NCBI RefSeq assembly: GCF_037042905.1 | Contig: NC_087246.1 | Coordinates: forward strand, 5,024,001-5,088,000 | DNA length: 64,000 nucleotides | Origin: Lytechinus pictus | Lineage: Eukaryota | Direction of reading: 5' to 3' | Shown here: in pieces, positions 1 through 12,094 of the stretch | Layout of the letters: every line of letters begins with the position of its first letter | Numbering within the stretch: position 1 is the first letter of the stretch | Notes under the pieces: model-generated | What the model saw: the letters and a program-made list of their open reading frames with translations, nothing else | Database searches by the model: none | What the model was told of the DNA's origin: nothing | Made by a program: the position numbers and the translations under genes

Positions 1-92
1 TACACACTAATTTTGGATACATGCACCCACTTATTTTAAAATAAGTTTTCCTTTTATTTATGCCTTAATAATTCCTTTTATTTCAAGTAGGA

Positions 93-1494
93 AAGAGCGC
101 TGGCCCAGACGGCATATCTACCCGCTTGATCAGAGAATATGCCCTCGAACTTTCCACAACGATCTGCGAAATAATCAATATGCTTCACTGGAACAAGGTA
201 TTGTACCACAACAATGGAAAGAGTCAACAATAGTGCCTGTTCCTAAATCTTCCCCTGCAACCATTGATAAACCGAGACCGATTGCCCTCTCCAGCCATTT
301 CGCAAAACTTGCTGAAAAATTTGTTTGCAAGTGGCTACTCCGAGACATAGAAGGCACATTGGACCCTCATCAATATGGAAACAAGGCTAAGACATCTACC
401 ACGCACTACCTTGTTAACTTGTTAGACTTCCTCCATTCCAATGCTGACAAACCTGGTTATACCTCAACAGTGGTACTGACTGACTTTTCAAAAGCATTCG
501 ATCTAGCTTGTAGATCTCAACATTGCTATTCGCAATTTTTTTTCTCTTGGAGCTACATTGGAGCTACACCTGAACTAATCCCATGGCTGTCGAGTTTCCT
601 AACCCAAAGAACCCAACGGGTGAGGTATAGTGGTGAATTATCAGACCAGCGAGTAACACATGCTGGCGTCCCTCAAGGGACACGATTGGGTCCCTTACTC
701 TTCCTCGCACTCGTGAATGATGCCCTCCTTGAATCATCGGTCCCTAGGTGGAAGTACGTTGATGATCTTACACTGGCAGAGAGTCGACCATCATGACCAT
801 CAACATCCACTGGCAGTATTTCAGTCGCTGTGCACGAACTAGAGACTTGGTGTAGAAACGCTAATATGAAGCTAAACCCTAGTAAATGTCAATCCCTTCA
901 AGTGTCTTTCGGTAGAAACCCCCCATTGCCACAACCAGTTAGCATCTCTAATCAAGTCATCGAAAATTCAAATCATGTAAAACTGTTGGGTTTCTCAATC
1001 CAAAATGACTTGAAGTGGAGTCTTCACATCACTGACATCGTATCCAGAGCAAGTAAAAAACTGTACATGATTCGTAGTCTGAAAAAGTTCAACCTCTCTA
1101 GAAAAGACCTGCTATAACTATCTTTACATGCTATCTACGACCCATACTAGAGTACTGTGCACCTGTGTGGCACTCGTCCATAACAGCCAATGAATCAAAA
1201 CAAATAGAATCTATCCAGAAAAGAGCATTGCGTATAATTTTTGGCAAAGATTATTACTCATATGATAATGCACTTTCAACTTCTGGCCTTACAACCTTGT
1301 ATGACAGACGTGTCACTTTGTGTATGAAATTTGCACTGTCCCTTGAAAAGTTCTTTCCCCATTGGCTACCCCCCAAACAATCCGTATTCAGAGCCCTCCG
1401 AAATAGTGAGAAATATAGACTGACGAAGTGCCGCACAGAACGATACAAGAAAAGTACTATGCCCTATCTAATCAGGCGTTTAAATGATAGATGA
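93..1494 (+). pseudogene. Disrupted LINE ORF2 reverse transcriptase domain and C-terminal region
   Basis: ORF pieces 233-796, 830-1117 and 1165-1494 are consecutive parts of one RT protein separated by stops and frameshifts. Confidence 0.88.
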
Positions 1495-2242
1495 GTAACA
1501 CACATAATGTTTCCATGAAGTTTAAATGTGCTATGTATTTCCCCAAATGAATTGATCTTATAATGTATTAATTATCCTTTTTATATCCATGTTGAATATT
1601 ATCAATTTCCTATGTATGTTTTAGTAATTATATATTCGTTTATATTGCAAACAGCAGATGAACGAAACAATGGCCAATTTGACAGATTATGCCTTTATCC
1701 TATTTTGAAACAATACCCCATTTATTTTTAAACTTAAATAATAATTTGCTGAAAGATGTTTTTTACCCCCCCCCCCTCCCGTTCCATATATCTTTATCTC
1801 CATTATGTTGAACCTTTAAGATTTTTTTGTTCAGCAGGACCGTTTTTTCTTCTTTACGTTCTACTTGTAAATGCTCCATTAATTATATGTACATTTTTCT
1901 GTAACCCCTGCCAGTAGGCCTACTCGTAATTACATGTAGCATCACTTCTAATAACCGCTTCCTTACACACACTCAACTTATCATTTCTCTTATTTTGCAA
2001 TCATTATTGTTCATTGAAATTATTACGGTTAATCGAAATTAGTATTGCAAATTAGAATCATTATTATTGTAAACTTGAATTATCACTGGATATTTGAATT
2101 ATTGTGGTTAAATTGAATTAAGATTATTATTGTAATTGAGATTTTATTCATGTCTATGTGCAATTTATATGTTTTTATTTGTAAATTCAATTCAGCCTTC
2201 GTGGCTGCTAAATTGAATAAATACATCTTGAATCTTGAATCT
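93..2242 (+). mobile_element. 5'-truncated, decayed non-LTR retrotransposon (CR1/L2 group): RT remnant, 3' UTR and tandem-repeat tail
   Basis: Translations contain KSAGPDGI, RPIAL, DFSKAFD, GVPQGTRLGP, KYVDD, LEYCAPVWH and IESIQKRAL. In-frame stops (794-796, 1115-1117) and frameshifts are present. The 3' end has a stem-loop ATTCAATTCAGCC..GGCTG..AATTGAAT (2185-2218), AATAAA and (ATCTTGA)2ATCT at 2225-2242. Confidence 0.92.
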
Positions 2243-2775
2243 ATCTATATCCTAATTAGGATATAGGTATAAATAAAAGGAATTCGAGCCTAATGGCTTT
2301 TAGGGGGATGGGGAATTTGACTGCATGCTGAACTGTACTTTCCCCCTTATTTTTCATGTGTAATTCTGTATCTGTTCAGTAATTACTTTGTGACTTTTGA
2401 TATTGATATATTGTATTCAATAAAGTGATTAAAAAAAAAAAACATTTTACAATTCCTTTTATTTTGTCTCATCTCGGACACCATCATGAGAGCTTGACAT
2501 CTACTAGTATTCCTACTCCGTCCTAGTGTGTTACCAGTGTGTACTGTAAACAGTTCCTGGATTAAGGACGAAAAAAAGCCTTAAAAGGTATGAAAGTCTT
2601 CTTTTTTCTCTCGGAAATTGAATGGATGTCACAAAGGAGTATATTGCCAGTCTGCTTAAGGTCATTTCTGTTCCTTTTTCGGCTTTTGTAGGTGATTTTT
2701 TTTCTTCCAGTTTCCGCAGCGCAGTGCAGTGCAGGGCCCGCGGGGTCGGAGATGCAGGACTGACATTAACCATGT

Positions 2776-2833
2776 TAACCCAGGGAGCTCCGGCCCGCGA
2801 GCGAAGCGGGCCGGAGCTCCCTGGCCTGGGTTA
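2776..2833. repeat. GC-rich perfect hairpin (19-bp arms, 7-nt loop)
   Basis: CCAGGGAGCTCCGGCCCGC (2780-2798) is the exact reverse complement of 2806-2824. TAACCCAGG (2776-2784) also pairs with CCTGGGTTA (2825-2833). Confidence 0.95.
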
Positions 2834-3104
2834 GACTGACATCTGAGTGCCGGTGCAGTGCAAGGGTATTGTCTGTGAATGTGATATGACTCTATCAAGC
2901 CTGTGGAGTGTGAATGATAATCGAAACTGTGAATGATTGTAACTTTTGTAAGGAATGATTGTGACATGGGAGGCTTCGCACCGCAGCTCAGCACAGTCGG
3001 AGAGTGGGTGATTTCAATAGGGATGCGATAGCCGATGCCACCCCAAAAATTGAAGTGTTGTAAATCTAGTTTTAAATAGTTTAAGTTACTGGAAATAAGC
3101 TCTG

Positions 3105-4915
3105 AAATAAGCCTGAGTCGAATCGATTTTAAAATCGGTGTTCGATCGATGTCAACGAGCGCCGGTGCAGACTTTGCAAAATCGATGCATCGAAAAAAAA
3201 AAAAAAAATACGTCGGCCGGCCGATTCGTTTGGTTCACACAATCAATCATCAAAAATCAAAATAACAGTAATGTCCAACTTTACTACTTACTTGATATAT
3301 ATTCCCCCCAAAATGAAACCGATTGTGTAATCATGATGCCTATTCACCATTAATTTGAAGTTTATTTTGATCATAGTTCGAGTCTTGCTCTCGTCTGCTC
3401 GTGCCGAGATAATTTATGCACGATGAATTCTCCATGAATGGAAGTCATCGATCGTGCAGCGCATGCTCAGTACTGTGCTTTAATCAAACCAGAAAAAAAC
3501 CGGAAAATTGATGCGATCAATGTAAAATAAACCTTGCTATCATGAACAATATTAATATGACCATAGAATGATAGAACATTATTTAATTGTAATATTTAAC
3601 AATAATTTGCATATGATAATCATTAATATGAATTAACAGCTTGATGTGAAACGTTTGTATTTCGTTTCAATTTTCAACGACTTACATGTACATCACATGA
3701 CGATCGATTTGAGTGAGTGCACTTGTCTAAAAAAAAAATTATCACGTCAGGATTGATTCTCGAACATTGTCAACATGCAGAAACTCTTTTCAAGATCATA
3801 ATATCACCATATTATAACATTTTACATGACAAAACAGAGAAAATTGTGTTTGATATTTTTTCCATCAATTTGAAGCTAGTTTGTGCCCAACTTTGGGCTC
3901 TGATTTCATGAATTCATGGAAAATACGTCCTACGTCAACGAACGCGCATGCGCATTATGCTTCTTTTTCTTGGAGCTAGCTCCGGAGACATTCAGGCCAG
4001 AGATGGAATAAAAATAAAAATAATGCCAGTATAATACTATTAATGAACATGACATACTTTGCTGACATCGTCAATATTTTTAGTATGGCCATGAAATCTT
4101 ATTAAATCGTAATTATTTAACATCCAATAATAATTTATATGAATTTAGAGCTCGATCCGAGACATTCATATTTATTTCGATCGCATGCTCTTGTCTTGTG
4201 TCTAAAATATAAAAAGTGGATTATCATATCAGGATTAATTCTCGAACATCGTCATATCTCATATTCCACAATCTTTCCTCACAATCGTTATATCAGCATT
4301 GAAAACCAATTCAAATGACCATCCAGAGAAAATTACGTATTCCCATCAATTTTGAGCTCATTTTGGATCCAACTACACAATCTCAGGCAAGTTACAGTGC
4401 TCCCGCTGGTTGCACTTGTTTGCTGGCGCTGGCATCAAGCACGCCTGTCGTTTCGGGAGAGTGAGTGTACGGGGCTGCGGGCGGGGCTGGTGTGTGTGAG
4501 TCTGGACCGCGAATGCTAGTTGACCGAAAATCGTTCGGATCGACTCTGCGTGATTCATGTCTTTGATATTGTTTCATTTTAAACTTAATATATGTTGTCA
4601 TCTGCAAATATCATTGTTGATGATATTTTGGGAAGAATTCTGCATTGGTCCCCGGCTTTTTTTGTGTTATGTGATCATGGAAAATACAAACGAACTTTGC
4701 TCTGTCATCTGCTTGTGCAATGCTCACCCGGCCAGCGCATACCGTCAGTGCATGCAATGGGTGCATAGCGCATCGATGCGACTGCCGGAGCAAAAAAGAA
4801 TTGACTTGATTTTCCCCGCCGCGCCTTCGAAATTCGATGCAACGATGTTTGATCGAATTAAAGCTATCGAACACCGGTTTTCAAAATAATCGATATGACT
4901 CAGGCTTACTCTGAA
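3105..4915. mobile_element. Degenerate non-autonomous DNA transposon / fold-back remnant (boundaries approximate)
   Basis: TAAGCCTGAGTC..ATCGATT..AAAATCGGTGTTCGAT near 3108-3146 recurs inverted near 4866-4908. Internal diverged direct repeats lie at ~3740-3892 and ~4222-4374. Confidence 0.5.
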
Positions 4916-5216
4916 ACACGAGTAAAATGACACCAAGATCATTAAAAATTGGACCAGGGGTTGCCGAGATACGGCCAATTAAAATTTTGAAAAAAAGGCA
5001 GATTTCCTGCCAAAAAGTGGCCAAAATGGCAAAAATATGTTTTTTGCCATTTTTAAAGCTACCTATTTTAAAACTTGATTAAGTATAGAGGTTGCTTTTT
5101 CTTGGGGCACCTAACATGTTAACCACCAACAAGTGCCTGAAAAATTGGGTCAGAACTACTTTTCATTTCACACAAATTTTCACCTACGGCACCAGAGGAA
5201 ATTGGCAAGAGTCCAG

Positions 5217-5592
5217 CTAATTAATATGCGAAAATGGCTTAATTTGAAAGTGAATGGGCAATTAATCACAAAATTTCACAGAGATGTAGTGTTTGTAATT
5301 TTGATTCATATATATGTTGTTCTTGTGAGCATATATACAATAATATGCAAATGAGGGAGTAACTTATTACATATTCATTTGTACATAACGAATGGGAAAG
5401 TTGCCTAATTAATATGCAAAAATGATATAACTTGAACAGGGTTAGGCAAATAATCACCAAATTTCACAGAGGTGCAGAGTTCTTAAGTTTACTTCATATC
5501 TGTTGTTCTTGGGACCATAAATATAATAATATGCAAATTAGGTAATAAAGTGAATATTCATTTGTACATAACATGGGAAAATTGCCTAATTA
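5217..5592. repeat. Diverged tandem repeat, two ~188-bp units, containing ATGCAAAT motifs
   Basis: CTAATTAATATGC, AAATTTCACAGAG, TAATATGCAAAT and ATATTCATTTGTACATAAC each recur at ~185-190 bp spacing. Confidence 0.8.
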
Positions 5593-6323
5593 AAGTTAAA
5601 ACTGATTTAAATGGCAAAAGCCAATGTTTAATACAAAATATTATTTATTAAGAGGTCCTTACGACTAGGAAATTTAATATTAATCTCATATTAATGTAAC
5701 TTCCAATCCATTCTAAAAACCTTTTTATATCACTCCTTATTGAATACTTCATTAAAAAAAATTCAATAACATTTCCGACTACTAGGGTGTAAATACAATA
5801 AATGGATCGGCAGATTAATGTACATGTAAGTGCGCACGCGCAGTAGAAAAATCATTGAGCTAGGGCACATGGTATCATTTATAACATACAGTGCAATGTA
5901 CTTCACAAATACCCCTGGCCTCGCCCTTGCTGTTAGCCGTGGAAGTTGGAACTACTTTTCCTGAAATAAAAATAAAATAAAATCGATAAATTAACTCAAG
6001 AAAACATAGTTCGACACTCGTAATTGTCGTATACAAAATAAAACGTTCAGCATACTTTGCAAAATACCACTGAACACAGCCACAAACTCAATACAATACA
6101 TGCACCCCACACATTCACTAGCTAGCTATCACACAGCAAAATCATCCAATGACATGGGCAAAATCTCGAACAAAAGTGAAATTTTCTTATCTAAATGACC
6201 GCATCTCGCACCAAAAATGTCACAATCGCATTTCCTAAACATCATAATTAAAATACGGGGTCTAAAAAAGTGGATTTTTCGGCGATTTCGCGATGTTAAT
6301 GGATTTTGGAAACATGTCCTCAC

Positions 6324-6362
6324 ATAAAATTGACACTTCCGCGGGCCAATGCGGGTCGCCAT
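6324..6362 (-). CDS. Candidate first coding exon (MATRIGPRKCQFY) of an unidentified minus-strand gene
   Basis: AAAATGGCG start context, 13 codons, then a GTGAGG donor, in CpG-rich sequence with ETS/YY1/CCAAT-like motifs. No downstream exon was identified in the window. Confidence 0.35.
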
Positions 6363-6376
6363 TTTTTCCCGGAAGT
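6334..6376. promoter_or_regulatory. Housekeeping-type promoter motif cluster
   Basis: CACTTCCG and CCGGAAGT (ETS-like), GCCAAT, and CGCCATTT (YY1-like) within 45 bp of CpG-rich sequence. Confidence 0.5.
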
Positions 6377-7512
6377 CATTCACTATAACACACGGGCTCA
6401 TACATGTAGGAGAGAAAGTGCCGGTTACTGAGAAAGTGAAATCGGCATACCTGGTTTTTATCTCCAATCGTGGAGTGATTACGTTATCAGATCATCATGA
6501 AAATGGCTAGATATGAAGTGTGAGAAATCAGGATTGTTCAATCACAAGCGTGTTTGACAAAAGTTTCTTTAGACGTTCAGAAATCTTACTTCTAATCAAC
6601 TTACCAACGATAGAGGTTGTTCTGGTCTTCCATACTCAAATTGCCTGCCCTGGGGATTTTTCTGTTATCAAGGACATGAACGCGGAATGTTTCACTTTGA
6701 CATGGGGGTTTAAAAAATGAAATTGGGCAATATGATCACGTCGCTATTATATAGAGTTTCAAAATATCCTTCACATCCCGATCCCCCCGCTTAAGATCAA
6801 ATTCTTCGGGCCGGAAATCTTGATCAATGGGAATCAGCTGATCTTACGTATGAATGGGTTGATCATAGTTGAAACATGTGTCAGCAATGGGTATGAAAGA
6901 GTTTTTCTTCAGGTTAATGTGAGTATCATTGTTTTTGTTGTTATATGTGTACTTTTTTTACATTATTGGAATAACTTTCATCATTCCTGCCAAGAATTTG
7001 TGAGGATAACCATCAGCAGCGCGCACTGGCAGGAATTTCTCGGCGCGCGAGTGGCATCCCTAATTTCAACTTCAACTTGAGTTCAAGTACGGTCATGACG
7101 TTGTCACTCATTCTATGAACAAGGTTATGATATAACCTTGTGCTCTGTTTACTCCCTGTGTGATGAAATAAGGTTGGCAATGTTTGGCTTGTTTTTTTCT
7201 TTTTCTTTGGGACAAATGCTTGATTTTTTTGTCACTGTCAATTTCCATCACAGCTATTCATCATATAACCTGGCTCTTAAGTAAATTTGATTCTTTGAAT
7301 TATATTTTCGTAATTAACAATAGAGATTGAAAATGACAATTGTCTTGCCATATTACTTTCCACCAATAGAGGGCGTACACAAAACTATGCCCAAAATTCA
7401 AGTTTTTGAGCGCTCTGATGAATACAAAAATTATTCCCAAGTTACTAATGAATAATGAATTGCAACTGTATGGAAATTAGTATTTTTGGTCACAAAAGTG
7501 ATATTTTAATGA

Positions 7513-9465
7513 TGCAGAGTGAGACTACCGGTATATGCGCCGTTTTCCGATGGCGGCGGTGTCAACATAAAATCTTAACCGAAGGTTAAGTTTTTGAAAT
7601 GCCATCATAACTTAAAAAATATATGGACCTAGTTCATAAAACTTGGACATAAGGTTAATCAAGTATTACTGAACATCCTGCTCGAGTTAAACGTCACATG
7701 ACCAAGGTCAAAGGTCATTTAGGGTCAACGAACTTTGGCCAAATTGGGGGTATCTGTTGAATTACCATCATAACTTTGAAAGTTTATGGATCTGATTCAT
7801 GAAACTTGGACATGAGAGTAATCAAGTATCACTGAACATCCTGTGCGTATTTCAGGTCACATGACCAAGGTTAAAGGTCAATGAACTTTGGCCATAATGG
7901 GGGTATCTGTTGAATTACCATCATAACTTTGATAGTTTATTGGTCTACTTCATAAAACTTGAACATAAGAGTAATCAAGTATCACTGAACATCTTGTGCG
8001 TATTTCAGGTCACATGACCAAAGTTAAAGGTCAATGAACTTTGGCCATAATTAGGGACAGCGATTTTCCGTTTCAAAAAATTGCCTTTTACGTTTCAGAA
8101 AATCTTAAATTCCGTTTCAGCATGTCAGAAAACGGGAATTCCATTTCCCCATAGACTTTGTGTACACGGAAATTGACAATTCCGTTTACCCTTTCAGTAG
8201 CAATATAACATCACTCGCGCTGGTCAAAATTTGTATCTGCCACTGTACCAACAACGCAGTAGGAATCCGCCCTAATCGGATCTATACGGGTACACAAAAT
8301 ATTTTGACAAACACATTTAACATGAATATATCCTCACCTTTCACATTATTAGCATTATTTTACGGTTTAATGAAATTTTATCGATAATTTTGTTTTTTTT
8401 CGGACATCGACTGTAGCCTATCCGCCATTTTGGATTTCAAGACCGGAATGTCGTGCTGTTACATCTTCAAACGTAGAGGGCAGCAACACACGACCGTGTT
8501 GTTAAATCAAACAATGTGTGCATGTGAATGTTTTCGATACGGCCGACCCCGCTGCCGGCCAAGGCGTGGGCAAGAGGTACGATCGAGTGTGATGGAGTCA
8601 AGAGCAGTCACGATGTGTGGATTGTAGTGAAGTGAGATCGTGTTTTGTGAGGTTTTGTGGCCATTTGATATTCGTATTTTGTTGAGATTTTGGAGTAATT
8701 TCTATTGCTGTTCTGTGTATTCTGAGGAAAAATATGTTTTCCTTGATTTTCCGTTTGAAATGCCACTTTCCGTTTCAAAAGGCCATTTCCGTGAAGGCGT
8801 GGGCGAGGGGTACGATCGAGTGTGATGGAGTTGAGAGCAGTCATGATGTGTGGATTGTAGTGAAGTGAGATCGTGTTTTGTGAGGTTTTGTGGCCATTTG
8901 ATATTCGTATTTTGTTGAGATTTTGGAGTAATTTCTATTGCTGTTCTGTGTATTCTGAGGAAAAATATGTTTTTCGTGATTTTCCGTTTGAAATGCCACT
9001 TTCCGTTTCAAAAGGCCATTTCCGTGAATTCAGTCCGTTTTCCGCGATTGCGGAAAATCACTGTCCCTACATAAGATCTGATTAATGAAACTTAGACATA
9101 AGAGTCATCAAGTATCACTGAACATCTTATGCAAGTTTCAGGTCACATGACCAAAGTCAAAGGTCATTTAAGGTCATTGAACTTTGACCATTTTAAAGGT
9201 AATTATTAGATTACTGTCATAACTTTCAAAGTTTATAGATATACATGTAGTGTATTAAATGTGGATATATGGGTAATCAAGTATCACTGACAAGTTTTAG
9301 GTCACATGATCAAGGTCAAATGTCAATGAGCGTAGTATAGTATCATTACATGAATGGTGTTTTTTGTGAATAATTGTTTTATAGTAGTTTTCAAAGTCAG
9401 CTCTGCGGGCCGGCTATATTGAATCGCGTGATGCGGGTGAGACCGCCAGAGGCATTCCACTTGTT
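7513..9465 (+). mobile_element. Helentron/HINE-like (Tsp/pearl-type) non-autonomous element, copy 1, interrupted by a hAT-like insertion
   Basis: Shares GGCGGCGG..TCAAC, the internal tandem units and the 3' end (GGTGAGACCGCCAGAGGCATTCCACTTGTT) with the complete copy at 35731-36760. Confidence 0.75.
8052..9069. mobile_element. hAT-like non-autonomous DNA transposon with an internal 233-bp tandem duplication
   Basis: TIRs TAGGGACAGCGATTTTCCG / CGGAAAATCACTGTCCCTA match 18/19. Subterminal TTTCCG repeats are present. 8561-8793 is repeated at 8794-9026. There is no clean 8-bp TSD. Confidence 0.8.
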
Positions 9466-11844
9466 TAAATTTTGTGCTGTGTACAGCATTGGCATACCAT
9501 AGTCCTACCTGTAGATTCCCCACAGGCAGGATGGTAATGAACCCTTGAGTGTGACGGTGTTGACTGTTGTCTGTCTGTCTGTTGAGTGTTGTTGAGAGCA
9601 CTTTCCCGGTACTTATTTATTCAATGAACAAGGTTATGAATATGATATTTTTCTAAATTAAAAATAGAGATTGAAAAATGAAAATTTTCTTGTCACATAA
9701 CTTTCCGTCAATAGAGGGTGTACACAGAAAAATGCTGAAACTTCAAGTTTTTGAGCGCTCTCAAAAAGCGGCTCTGGTGAATACAAAAATGATCCCAAGG
9801 CCCAGTTACTAATGAAAAATGAATTGCAACTGTATGGAAATTAGTATTTTTGGTTACAAAAGTGATATTTTAAAATTTAATGAACTTTTTAAGTGTGTGC
9901 TGTGTACGGCATATGGCATACCATAGATAGATGGCAGGGTGGTTGCAGTGAACTAGTGGTTGAGAGCGTGAAAAGGCTGCTGAACCTCGACAGCTAGCAG
10001 CTGTCTGTTTCAAGGAGTTTTTAAACAGTTTTTTTATTTTTTTATTTCTCCTCGTACACAGACGGCTCGCGATCGTGTGCCGCCATAAGGGGGTTAATAA
10101 TGAAAAAAAAAACCAACGGGGCTCATCGATTTTTGTCTTTATTTCATAGAAGAAAAAGAAAATAACCAAAATAAAGATTATTATTCTGTTTTGGCCTGAA
10201 ATGCACCAAAACGGGGAAAAAATAAACTTAAAAGGAAAAAAGCAGCGCTTACTTCGGCTGTCGCGCAACTCCCACTTCCAAGTCCCTGGTTTATCCGAAC
10301 TTAATAAATAAACATATGGCCATTGATTCTCTGTACAGATTGTGTTAGAACTTTGGTCTCTGTAATTGGTGAGTGGAGCCAAAGGAGTTCAGCGGAACAT
10401 CCAATATAACAGAGATTGAAGCTTTTGGTCTAGCTGGACCAAGCTCCAACAGGCAACACCGAGCTGGGTTCAGAGGCGATACCGATGGCGTTATCAATAG
10501 CCTTTGATGTCACGCTTCTGCGCTGCGCTGCTGATCATCTCAACTTTACGTGAGAAATTCTCGACGACAAAAGTGAAATTGAGGAGAAAATGCAATAAAA
10601 TCTTATCTTACAGAATGCAAAGGTTAAAATCACTGCAAGAATCAGAAAGCATGAATATTATTTTTCATTAAAATGTATAAAACTCTAATGATTTTGCGCT
10701 CATCTTTAATAATTGTAAAAGATAATTTTACAGGGATGTTTTATCGTGTTCGCCACCTGTTTGTGAGCTACAGTTCATCAACACCAACACCAAACTTGAA
10801 ATCAAGATTTTCCTAATCCCTGGGGGTTCGTGTTGGTGAATGGGGAAATTACATGTAAATCATCAACACCAGCTGTAATGCTCGGTTCAGCAGACAACAT
10901 TCAATGCCAGCGCTCAACACAAACTGCAGGAAATACGTTCAGAGGTCAATCCCAACACCAACACCAGATTTAAACACCGTACTTGAAATCCAATGCTTTC
11001 AGGAACATAGTATACATTATGTACCTAGGCCCAACTAGATCATGTGATCTAGCTGCATATGCACTTCTATAGACTATAGATTAACTTATTCTAATTATGA
11101 AAGAGCAATTTCCTGTGAGGCAAGACTAGATCTAAAGGACATTACATTATCTTGAACTATGGCCCACTATTTTCGTTAGACTCTAATCTTTTTTTATGAA
11201 ATAAAAGATCAAAAGTATATGTTACCGATAATTTATTCAGTGTGTGTTGCTGCCCTCTACGTTCGATGAGTTAGGCTTTCCGATTAGAATTTTCAATATG
11301 CGAGCGACAAGTTCCGAGAAGCGCAACGCAGCGGCATGAACCGCGATATACGGCGACTGGTAAAGACGTCTGTAAGGATGGCAATTTACTATGACCAACG
11401 AAAGGATCGAGGATGACTGTTTTGATCATCAGTTGAAGGGAATTAGCGGTAACTGCTGTCTAAAAAAAAAAAATTCTTAATTTTCCTTGTCAAGTTGGAT
11501 GTAATTCTTTCTTTTTTGTAAATTTGATATTTTTGTACAAAAACGATCCGAAAATCAGGTTCCGCTGAATGTTAGATCTAACGTTACTGCTAATACATTG
11601 GCTTTATGTACGGGCCTCCATTAACTTCAGTCTATGCATTGGTGAGAGAAGCCAACGCAGTTCAGCGCAACAAACAAATACAGATACCAAAATATGGCTT
11701 TATTCCTTCAAAATCTTGAGTGTGTGTAATTCCCAATGGCATCGGTTTATTTAGTCAGAAAAATAAATACCCAATACTCTTGAAGAGTAGACTAGTCGTA
11801 ATATCGGTTGATAACCATAATGAAACCCATGGCTTTGAACAATT

Positions 11845-11916
11845 CCTGCTAGCTCAGTGAGTAAGGCGACAGACTGGAGATGCCTCGTTCTGCACAGCGA
11901 GAGGTTCGAATCCAAG
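11845..11916 (+). other. tRNA-like sequence (Pol III A and B boxes), probably a SINE head or tRNA pseudogene
   Basis: A-box-like TAGCTCAGTGAG (11850-11861) and B box GGTTCGAATCC (11903-11913). No convincing acceptor stem. Confidence 0.6.
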
Positions 11917-11923
11917 TTCCAAA

Positions 11924-12094
11924 CCGGAAGTAAGAAGAAAGAGAAAGAAAGAAGGGGATTTTGGAGAAGTATTTTTTGAAAATTAGTGGAGGGGACAGCG
12001 GGGACATAAGGAAGTCTTTCCTGATGTGAAAATTATTGATGAATCAAATAAAGCAAAGCAGTTTCGTCTTGGACTCTGCCTCTGCCTAACTCAG
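11924..12094 (+). promoter_or_regulatory. Probable MUL1 promoter and non-coding first exon
   Basis: CCGGAAGT at 11924-11931 and donor CAG|GTGAGG at 12094/12095. A pyrimidine-rich acceptor (CTCTTCCAG|) at 12809 upstream of the MUL1 ATG implies an upstream exon. Confidence 0.45.

Larger units (their letters stand above)
7105..9925. repeat. Old direct duplication whose first copy is split by nested transposons
   Basis: 7105-7510 plus 9466-9510 matches 9615-9925. Shared anchors: ATGAACAAGGTTATGA, CAATAGAGGG, TGAATTGCAACTGTATGGAAATTAGTATTTTTGG, TGTGCTGTGTAC..GGCATACCATAG. Confidence 0.75.

Noticed and set aside
233..1494. RT as a retron, DGR, group II intron or domesticated gene
   Set aside because: The motifs and 3' tail are those of a CR1/L2-group LINE, and the frame is broken by stops and frameshifts.
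8640..9085. Two near-identical short ORFs suggesting a duplicated small gene
   Set aside because: They result from the 233-bp tandem duplication inside a non-autonomous transposon and have no splice or domain support.
9870..10382. 170-aa minus-strand ORF
   Set aside because: No domain similarity, overlaps repeat and A/T-run sequence, and has a non-ATG start.
11845..11916. Functional tRNA gene
   Set aside because: A and B boxes are present, but I could not form acceptor and anticodon stems and no T-run terminator follows.
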